Below, in pieces: positions 50,855 to 60,392 of a stretch of DNA of 60,392 nucleotides. Position numbers and translations under genes: made by a program. Source of the stretch: Octopus bimaculoides (taxonomy: Eukaryota); the NCBI RefSeq assembly GCF_001194135.2, contig NC_068994.1:26690308-26750699 (forward strand), written 5' to 3'. The notes below the pieces were generated by a model, which was not told the origin of the DNA, did no database searches, and saw only the letters and a list, made by a program, of their open reading frames with translations. The stretch's first letter is position 1; every line of letters begins with the position of its first letter.

Positions 50855-51131
50855 CTGTTATAGACATTCAGACAAAATTTAAGCTTAACTCAAGGATAAT
50901 TCACTATGTTGATGTTACCCTTCCTACAGCATATTAACTTGCATGGTGCTATTGTCTGTTAGAGGTCCATATGGAAGTGGCTTTTCCCTGGAGGTTTACT
51001 GCTAGATTCTATGATAACCTAATAAATGATAATCTGACAAGCTTATTGATGAGTATTAATTACCAGTTTATCTTCTCAGGGTGAATAATTAGTAGTTAGC
51101 AGCAGCCAGTAAGTTCTGAGTTCTTCCTCAC

Positions 51132-51189
51132 TTTCCATTCACTAATTTCTCAGTTCCTCCAAAAGTCGACATTGTACTTTCTCCTTTAA
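51132..51189 (-). CDS. Candidate 58-nt exon (KGESTMSTFGGTEKLVNG)
   Basis: Strong acceptor tttattttcgtatttctatgttttag, donor AAA|gtgagg; phase 1 to phase 2. Confidence 0.4.
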
Positions 51190-52139
51190 CTAAAACATAG
51201 AAATACGAAAATAAATCTGTTTTAAGCCTACAGGTTCATTAGACTGGAACTTATCTGGGTTTCTGGGGAATATAAGTAACTAAGGGTACGAAACTTCTTT
51301 CTGGATGAGATTCCAATCTCATATGCCTGTAAATTTACTCCCCACCTAATGCTGGTATTAGTTTCAGGTGAGTAGACTGAAGCAATGTTAAGAGAAGTTC
51401 TTTGACTAATGACACAACCTAATGCACTATCTGATAATTGATCACATGACCTTATGATTATTAATTCAACTCCTTAACTAATGTGCCATGTACCTTCACA
51501 GAGATGTAAAAATAATTTACTTGATATACTCTTCATTCACAACTCATACTTCAATAATCATGCCAATTTAATACATCAAAATATTATACAACTGTAATAT
51601 TTCAGGCTGTTAATCTAATCTCTGGAGATGAAACATTTAAAAAAAAACTTTTATATCTTCAAAATTAAAGATTTAAGCTTAGTGTGAGTACAATGATGGA
51701 TAAGATATCGAGTTGAATTTGCGAACCTTTGCATTTTGATTTAAATTATTTTGTTTATGTAATTCATCTTTTACCTTCTTGTGGTGGTGGTGGTGGAGTG
51801 GGGGTGATAAGATAGGTGACCATTTAGTTGGTGGGGGAGGTTTTATGTTGAGGTCTTATATCTGTTTGACAGATGAGTATTTACATCTGTGCTATATTTT
51901 AACTGGCTGGATTTCCAGTTGCTATCAGGGATCTTATTTCTGAATATTTACACAATATCAGTGTCATAGTGTTAATTGGTCATTCATGTTGAGCTGGTTA
52001 ATCATGATATATTTTAAAACACCTGAGTCACCATGGACTGCTTTATTCCCAGGTTGTGCTCTATGTGTAGAATGTCATTGGCTCTGTAAATGATAATTGA
52101 AGCAAACTCATGAACTTTAATATTTATTGCCAGACATAA

Positions 52140-52360
52140 GATGTTGAACTGGCAGAATTGTTAGCACACAGGGTAAAATGCTTAGTGGTATTTCTTCCAC
52201 CTTTATGCTCTGAGTTCAAATTCCACCGAGGTTGACTTTGCCTTTTATCCTTTTGGTGTTGAGAAAATAAGTACCAGTCTTGTACTGGGGTTGATGTAAT
52301 CAACTTGCCCCACCCCCGAACTTGCTGGCATTGCACTAAAATTTGAAACCAGTATTTATT
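52140..52360 (+). mobile_element. SINE family B
   Basis: gaactggcagaattgttagcac...ctgagttcaaattccaccgaggttgactttgcc. Confidence 0.8.
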
Positions 52361-53164
52361 GCTGGACATGATATATTTTGCATTGGCTGTTTACAATGAA
52401 AAATATTAATATACAATTGTCAAGTGGGAAAAGAGAAAAACTGTGCTGTGTCTGCAGAAGCTACTCATGGGACATCATGCGAATGTTCAGAATTGATCGG
52501 TCCAAAAACCCAAAATCATATGTGCAAAGTCTGAAGCTGTCTGCTCAAATGCTGGAGGTCATCTTCCTGGCAAGAGATGAGACATGTCAGCCACCTTCAA
52601 CACTCTGTGATGTGTTAGACATGAAACAGTTATTATGCGGTGATAAGAGGGTGAATTCTAGAGCATCAGAGAAGCCATATCATACCACAACTTCACAGTG
52701 ATTGGTTGATTTATAGATCAATCACATGAAACTGTGGTGGCTCATTTGTGATGCTTAATCAAGTATCTAGTAATTAAGGGTACAAATCACTACACCACAT
52801 TAGACTCAAACTACATAGATTAAGTTTAATCACAGCATTTCTTCATCTCCTCTCTCTACACCAACTGCAATAATAAAAGTAACAAGTATATTTCATGTCC
52901 TTTGTTTTCTCACACATCATTTTTGTGTTTCAACTGTTGTCTTTTAGCCTCAGTACTGCTCTAATTCAACAAACCTATGATTGAAGATATTCAGTTCCTG
53001 TCCGTTATATCTGTTTATTATATTCCATGTGCTCTTTATTTCTTCAAAGAACAAGAAGTGCTTTGTGGGAGATTTGACTACCGGCTTTAGGAGGTTGAAC
53101 ACCTATGTAGAGGATCCCTATGTTGTGTCTCCATGCTTGCAAGAAAACCACTATCCTTCACATC

Positions 53165-53545
53165 AATTCATCATCTCTCTCTCTATAACACTCACATACA
53201 TGAGATTGCTATATATAACACTAAGATAGATGAGAACTCTATTCATCTGTCCATCTTTCTTTATAACATAAACATAGTAAAGTGCTCTGTTCATCTCTCC
53301 ACAACACTGGCATAAATGAAAGCCGTGTTCATCTGATCTATCTACAACACTTGACATAAATGAGAGCCCTTTACATCTGTCTGACTCCTCCATTTATAAC
53401 ACAAGTATAGCCGACAGCCCTCTGATCTGTTTGTCTTCTCTCCCTACAATAAATAAATGAAAACCCTGTATATCTCCTCCTCTACAACACTCACAGAGAT
53501 GAGAGCCCTGTTCATTTGTTCATTTCCTCTCTTTATAACACTAAT
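53165..53545. repeat. Degenerate ~40-50-bp minisatellite (about 9 units)
   Basis: Recurring (a/c)taacac...atgagagccctgttcatctgtc..ctct. Confidence 0.65.
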
Positions 53546-53663
53546 GTAGATTAGTGATACAGCAGGCATCAATTAATGAGGTAATGTAATAATATTGTTT
53601 TGATTACTTTTATTTATTTATCAAAGAAATATGATTGCTATGAATATTATTCGTGCTAGAGAT

Positions 53664-53711
<48 letters not shown>

Positions 53712-54467
53712 AAAGAGAGAGTGAAGAGTGGCAGTGTGTATGTGTGTATACATTTTAAATGTTATTTTTTTTCTATTGTAGATAATAGTGGTAGTAGTAG
53801 TAGTAGTTGTAGTAGTAGTGATAGCTTGACTATTGTACTACGTATTTCATAGAAAGAGAGAGATAAAAGGATTTGGAGACATTAATTATTCAAAATTATT
53901 CCTTTTATTACACTACAGGTGTGAGTGTGTATCAATTTGTCACTATGCATGTGTCTGTGTGTGAGTGAATGTGTGTGGGTGTGTTGTGTGTGCATGCACA
54001 TGTCTCAGTGTTATTATGTGCCTGAATGCTTGTATATCTGTGTATGTCAGTGTCCCGGATGTGTGTATACATGTCAATGTCATTATCTATGTGTCAACAC
54101 ATGTACACACACACATACATGTATTTGTTTTCTTTGATTAACGAGGAAAAAACATTAAAGAATAATATATATAATTCCTTTTTCTTTTGGAGTAAATCTC
54201 ATTAATCATTGATTTGAGGAAAAGGTTAGAAGAGGGGATGTAGGAGAAGGGTGAGGAGTGGCAGTGGTGGTGGTATGGATAATAATGATGATGGTGAAGG
54301 GGATTGCTTCTTACTGAAGATATGGAGCCTGAGGTTGTTATGCAAGGGAAAATGAAATGTGGTAAGTGTATTATAGTAGTAAGTTAGCCATGAACAACAC
54401 GCAATTAAGAATCTCAGATAGCTCAGCCTCACCTGCTCTCCTAGGAGCTATCCACATATATATGTAT

Positions 54468-54870
54468 GGGCACAGGTGTGGCTGTATGGTTAAGAAGCTT
54501 GCTTTCTGACCATAGGGTCTTGGGTTTAATCCCACTGTGCAACACCTTGGGTAAGTGTCTTCTACTATATCCCTGGGTGACCAAAGCCTTTTGGTTTGGT
54601 AAAGAGAAACTGGAAGAAGCCTTTTGTATATGTGTTTGAGGAGTGTGGTACCATTGTCTTGACATCACATGATGATTGTAAATGAGCATCATTTTTGTAC
54701 AAGTGATGTTGTTTTGTTTCCAGTCTTCTAGGAAAAACACATCTGGCCATAAGAAATATTGCCTTAATGGAAACAAGAGAGGGTTGGTGACAGAAAGAGT
54801 ATATAATCATAGAGAATCTGCCTTGAAACATTTTGTCTGAGCCATGTAAACATGGAAAAGTGGATGTTAA
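54468..54870 (+). mobile_element. Diverged SINE (family A head with an RTE-like 3' part)
   Basis: cacaggtgtggctgtatggttaag...accttgggtaagtgtcttctac; ends catggaaaagtggatgttaaatgatga. Confidence 0.6.
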
Positions 54871-55027
54871 ATGATGAGGATGTATGTACATGTATATGTA
54901 TGCTTAACAGCCAACACTGCATCTTAAAGATCAGCCTTCCTCTTTAGTGCCAAAATATACTTTATGTTTGATCAAGCAGGACTCATAATGATGGAATTTT
55001 GCTCATGTATATGTGATGGTGCTATTA

Positions 55028-55069
<42 letters not shown>

Positions 55070-55184
55070 ACGCACACACATGCACACACACCCATAGCAG
55101 CTGGCTTGGCATCTGGAAAAAAGAAACTCAGGTGATCAGGAAAGCCTCTCTAAATAACACACTATAACTGCTGGCTCTTGTAAC

Positions 55185-55590
55185 GATTTCTAATAAAGGC
55201 ATAAAACTTTTGGAAGGAGGGACTTTGTTAATTAAACTGATTTCACTGTATTAATGGTTGAAGGATGAAAGACAAAGTTGACTTAAGCAGGATTTAGACC
55301 TACAATATGAAGAGCTGCAAGAAATACCACAAGATATTATACTAATGCTCTAATGACTCTTCCATCTCATCGTGCTCCCACTAGTTGTAATAATTGTTCC
55401 TTATATAAGTACAAGGAGTAGGGACTACTCAATTCCATTGACTGCACTACTTGACTGACACTTTATTTTAATGATCCAGGAGAAACAAAAACCAAAGTTG
55501 ACCTCAGTGGGATTTGAACTCAGAACATAAAGAACTGGAATAAATGTTGCAAAGGGTTTTTTTCCAATGCTCTAGTGACTCTGCCAGTTT
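55185..55590 (-). mobile_element. Two adjacent diverged SINE family B copies
   Basis: Two copies of aaagttgac(c/t)t...gattt..ac..a.aa..aagagctg. Confidence 0.55.
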
Positions 55591-56419
55591 ATTATTCTAC
55601 TGCTAGCTTTAATTATATCCAATTCAGTTACCATGCCATGTCAAAATGGAAAACAACCCTACCACCACAAAGCAGAGAGAAGGTAATTAAAACCAGCCAT
55701 TATCCATAATAAGAGGAATGTTCCCAGAAGACTTCTTGTCCCCTTTACTCTTTTACTTAATCTCTAACTCTGTTAACAAATATGTTGAATGAAACCATAA
55801 ATACTTATAAAGGCTATGGACTTATTGCAAATCATCTCGACAGATGACTTAATATTTACAAAGAGCAACACCCAACTGGAAAACCTAAAAATTGTTCACA
55901 AATAAGTATCAGATATATGTATCTGTGAAGCTGCTATAAAAGGTAAATTAACTAAAACCAAGAACACTAGAATAGATATAAGCATTAAAATCAGAATTAT
56001 CCACACTTAGAGAAAGAAGTTAAAACAATGCTAAATATACAGAAATAAAAGAGAAAATTGGAGAAATGTGCTACTACAAAGAAGTCAGATTAATGTTAAA
56101 AACAACACAATACTTCAAATGATAGGTATAAATACGCACACATTAGCCATCCCAATAATAATGTATAGCTTAAATGTAATAAAATAGAAGTTAAGTGAAT
56201 TGAAAAGCTTAGACAAGAAATTTAGAAATTTACTAACAATGTTCCAGTCACAAGCCTAAAGCTAATATAGATAAAATAAATTTACTCAGCATATAGAGAG
56301 GATAGAGTCTGATACAAACTGAAAACTTCTACAAAGTAATAACAGTAGAACTAAAACAATACTTAGAAGCAATTAAGGGGAAGCTAATCTGTGGGATAAA
56401 GGAAACATGAAAACAATAG

Positions 56420-58510
56420 TGTTGTAGTGAAAATGATACTCTCCATCCCATGTGACAAAGTGGTATGAACCAGCCACTATAAAGTCAGTAGTAGTAGAGT
56501 TGTATGAGTTCTCTGTTGGAGTCAGTGTCAGTTACATGTTATATACGAGTTCAAGTTACCATCACGGTAGACATTTCAAAGTCATCGTCTTGCCAACCTC
56601 TCAGTGATAGCACAATAGATGAGTCAAAGATGATAAGACACTAAATACCGCCACAACATAATAGTGGTAACAAGAATATTACAGTGCTGACAATAACATA
56701 CAAGTGGATGAGGATCCACATTATAACAGTGGTGATGTGGATATAAACAATTCATGTGGACAATGCTGGAAAAGAATTGTTTCTCGCAAGAAAATAAACA
56801 ATTCACGTGGACGACATTGAAAATTTTTCACGTGGAGAAATTAAAAACTCAACAGAGGAGTAACAAACATTTTTGTTGTACATATTTTACGAAAAATCCG
56901 TAAAATTATGGAAAACTTGTTAGAGGGTCTAGTTGAGTTGCAAAAACAACAACAAACAAAAGAACAACAACAACAACAACAAATGTTACAGCAACAAATG
57001 CCACAACTAATGAAGTTGTTAACTAAGCTGGAAAATACATTTTCACCAGACCATGTAGTAAATTCAATAAATGAATTTAGATATGACCTGGAAGACGGAG
57101 TCACTTTCGAAACATATTACCGAAGATTTGAACAAATTTTTAAAAAAGAATACCAAGACTGGATGGACGAAATGAAAACATATCTAATTCTGAGGAAACT
57201 GGTGACAATAAAGCATGAGAAATATTGTAACTTTATATTGCCTAAAAAAGTTTCTGACGTAAATTTCACAGATACAATTGACATTTTATGTAGGATGTTT
57301 AGTGAAAAAACATTATTATTCAACACACGTTGGAAGTGTTTGAACACAGAGAACACAGAGATGATGAAGACTTTACCACATATGCAGGTAGAGTGAACAT
57401 AGAGTGCAAGAGATTTGAACTGGTTAAACTAACTCTAGACTCATTCAAGTGCTTGATTTTTGCTCAAGGATTTACTGCTAAAAAGGATGCAGAAGTCAGA
57501 ATGAAAATTCTTGCAAAGCTGGTAATGAACTAGGATATAACTTTCCAGAAACTGTCAGAAGTGTGCAGTATGATATTAAAAGTAATGTGTGAGACAAAAG
57601 AAATCCAATGTAAAGATTATTTACAGATAAAACCAGTGTGGAAGAATTGGAAGATGGATAAAAGGTTTCACAAAAACATGATATACAACGGAAAATAAAC
57701 CCATGTATGGCATGTGATGGTAGGCACCTGAGAAAAGAGTAGCCATTCAAAAAATCAAAGTGTCTTCGGTGTGGGAACACAGGATACATTAAATTGCACT
57801 GCAGAACTAAGATGGTAAAAAATTGGACCAAAGGTGAAAGAATAAATAATTTGTCATCAGAGAAAAAAGTTTGTACAACGAACAGAAAATTCATGAAGGT
57901 GAGAATCAAAACCACTATTATCAAAATGCAATTAGACACAAGTAGCGACATCACTATTATAAATGAAGAAACATGGTGACGAATTCGTAAGTTGAAATTA
58001 TTTAAATCAAATTAAGTAGCATATGGTGTTACTGGAAAGAAATTATATTTTACTGTCAAATGTATTTGCAATGTAACTTTCAAAGTGAAAGGAAAAGAAC
58101 AATCAGACTGGGCAGCTCCAACGGTTTTTGTAAAGAAAAATAATATTAAAAAGAGAGGAGGGGTGAATAAAGTAGAATAGAATTGCTTCCCAAAGAAGAA
58201 AAAAAAACTAAAAGGGGAGATGTTGTAGTGAAAATTGTATTCCTCTTCCCACATGACAGAAAGTCAGTGATAGTAGAGTCATTGTACAAGTTCTCAGTTG
58301 GGGTCAGTTTCAGTTATGTGTTATGTATGAGTTTGAGTTACCATCAAGGTAGACATTTCAAAGTCATTGTCTTGCAGAGCTATCAGCAATAGCACAATAG
58401 ATGAGTAAAAAATAATAAGACACAGAATACTACTACAAAATAACAGTGGCAACAAGAATATTACAGTGCCAACAATAACATACAAGTGGACAAGGATCCA
58501 CATAATAACA
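56420..58510 (+). mobile_element. Gypsy (Mag-like) LTR retrotransposon with most of pol deleted
   Basis: LTRs 56420-56728 and 58221-58510 (TG...CA); PBS tggtgatgtggat resembles tRNA-Ser(GCT) TGGCGACGAGGAT; PPT aaaaggggaga; 5-bp TSD aatag/aacag; gag, two zinc knuckles, protease LDTSSD, short DWAAP RT start. Confidence 0.9.
56908..57533 (+). pseudogene. Mag-type gag remnant (frameshifted)
   Basis: ORF 56908-57396 (FRYDLEDGVTFETYYRRFEQIF...LILRKL), continuing in ORF 57330-57533. Confidence 0.75.
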
Positions 58511-59396
58511 AACAGACATCTTTTCTATATTCATGTGTTAAGAAATAATATGATACAAAGTGGAAACTAATTACACTGAAAAAGAATGATAAAGGCAAAA
58601 TAACTGAAAAAAAAAACAAAATCAAAACAGAATTATGCAATATAAAGAAGAAAAAATTACAAGGAAACAACACTCATGTCCAATACCCTGGTAGACTGAA
58701 CAGAGAGGATGCTTGAGTAAACCAGCAATGGCTTAAAAATTGTGCATTAAAAACAGAAACAAAAGGACTGACTTTAGATGAGTAAGAAAAATACCTAGAA
58801 ACAAATAACAGAAATAAAGTAATGAAAGAAAGATACTAATAATTAACAGAAATAAAATAATGAAAGAAAGATACTAATAATTAAGTGACACACATTGTAA
58901 ACATTACAATGAAATAACTCAAAGCATTATTTCTGACTTCTTAGTCCTTGGTAAGTCCAAGTATATCAAGACATGGCTGACTCAGTAGCTACATGCATTG
59001 AGCAACATGCCAACACCTTGATGAAAATGGACTGAGAAATGATATAAATGTACCAAACACAACAGATGACAGTGATCTTACTACAATAATGGAAGATGTC
59101 TTACATCTGGATAGAAAACATCACTAAACACTAAACCATTTTTCTTCATTAATCATTATGGAATTCTCTGCTATATTTTCCCTTGTATATGTTAACTTAC
59201 AACTGTACAGACATCAATCAACTGCCTTAATCTTTCCGATATGAGAAACCCTGTCTTACCATTCTTGTAGAACCTATCTCACTATAACGATAAGGTCTCT
59301 CTCACCTGTTCAGTAGAACTTTTTCTGACCGTTTTTGGGGCCTTCCTCATTAGTATTGCTGATCATGTTTTACCAGTGTCAGAGGACTTGTCTCAC

Positions 59397-59444
59397 ATGT
59401 TTTGTTAGAGACTGTAATTCTCATGTGTGCTCCACCATCACCAA
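59397..59444 (-). CDS. Candidate 48-nt exon (xGDGGAHMRITVSNKT)
   Basis: Long polypyrimidine acceptor tttcttgttttttactattttacacttttgtcaag, donor CAT|gtgaga; phase 1 to phase 1. Confidence 0.35.
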
Positions 59445-59885
59445 CTTGACAAAAGTGTAAAATAGTAAAAAACAAGAAATATTATAAAGTCATGAGAGTG
59501 ACAGAAATATTCATATTAATATGGGGTAAGAGGAAATAAGAATTAATAACTGCACAATATTTCTCAGTGGCCTTTGTTCCTTTTACTGTCTTTGAAGTGA
59601 AAGTAAATTTAATAAGTGTAAATGATATAAATCTCTTCTTGAAGGTGTGTGTATCTATGTATATCAAATACATAGCAGTGTGTGTCTATGTCTTTGTTTT
59701 GGGTTTAAGTGTAGATGTGTTTTTATTATCAGTTATGGATACATGGTAGTGTGTGTGTGTTTCTATTAATGTATATGATATACAACAATGTGTGTGCATG
59801 TGCATATATGATAATGTGTGTGTGTATGTAGTAATGCTCATTTGCACATACACATGCAGGCATACTATTATTATTATTATTATTA

Positions 59886-59919
<34 letters not shown>

Positions 59920-59920
<1 letters not shown>

Positions 59921-60135
59921 CCTTTCTACTAAAGGTATAAAGCCTGAAATTTGTGGGGAGGAGATTAGTCGATTACATTGACCCCAGTTTTTCACTGGTA
60001 CTTAATTTATTGATGCTGAAAGGATGAAAGGCAAAGTTGACCTTGGTGGAATTTGAACTCAGAATGTAGTGATGAGCGAAATACCACTAAGCACTTCGTC
60101 CAGCATGCTAACGATTCTGCCTGCTTGCCACCTTA
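59920..60135 (-). mobile_element. SINE family B
   Basis: cctttctactaaaggtataaagcctgaaattt...aatttgaactcagaatg...cttgccacctta. Confidence 0.8.
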
Positions 60136-60150
60136 TTATTATTATTATTA

Positions 60151-60392
60151 TTCAGTAGTTTTATTTTTATAACGTGCTTTCACTTCACTACCGAGCGCAG
60201 CTCTGTGCGCCTTGGGTATGTGCTGTGGTTTGCTGTGGTGCTCTTATGTTTACTGTATTGAAAGTGTTTTGCGTAGGATGTGTGCAGTACCCAGTAGTGC
60301 AATTTTCTGTATGTTATATATATTTGTAAGTCCTGCTATTTTTGTTATGTATTTGTCTGAATATTTTTTTATTATACCTAAGGCACCTACTA
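60151..60392 (-). mobile_element. 3' end of another R4/Dong-type LINE abutting (TAA)n (continues beyond the window)
   Basis: Minus strand VGALGIIKKYSDKYITKIAG..IQKIALLGTAHILRKTLSIQ*, followed by (aat)n. Confidence 0.8.

Larger units (their letters stand above)
55640..59050 (+). mobile_element. Ancient R4/Dong-type LINE, interrupted by the LTR element
   Basis: IIRGMFPEDFLSPLLF (~55710), AIPIIMYS, HKPKANIDK; resumes after 58510 with QQWLKNCALKTETKG. Confidence 0.6.

Noticed and set aside
52378-52701. 107-aa plus-strand ORF
   Set aside because: Non-ATG start, no recognisable motif and no convincing donor; consistent with chance.

Overview
AT-rich eukaryotic genomic DNA with about 12 assembly gaps (N runs) and dense (CA)n/(TA)n/(TAA)n/(CAT)n microsatellites. 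The SINE families resemble the tRNA-derived SINEs of octopus, so this is probably an Octopus scaffold (inference). Almost all protein-like signal comes from decayed transposable elements. These include Tc1, mariner and maT-type DNA transposons, CR1/L2 and RTE LINEs, four R4/Dong LINEs (three abutting (TAA)n), five Penelope-like element (PLE) fragments, an internally deleted Mag-type Gypsy LTR element nested in an R4/Dong copy, and more than 25 SINE or LINE-3'UTR copies. No intact host gene, rRNA, true tRNA or CRISPR array is visible. A few short minus-strand segments with good splice signals, three of them phase-compatible, may be exons of an unidentified host gene. The most interesting signal is at the RNA-structure level: (i) a PLE with inverted terminal repeats carrying minimal hammerhead ribozyme (HHR) motifs, with a tRNA-like Pol III head just upstream of the 3' HHR; (ii) a non-coding ~505-bp HHR-bearing unit in inverted plus tandem copies (retrozyme-like); (iii) an RTE 3'UTR built from tandem ~60-bp structured units, and a possible HDV-like fold at the 5' end of an R4/Dong element; (iv) several long hairpins. 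Repeat boundaries are read by eye (about +/-30 bp) and no database searches were run.
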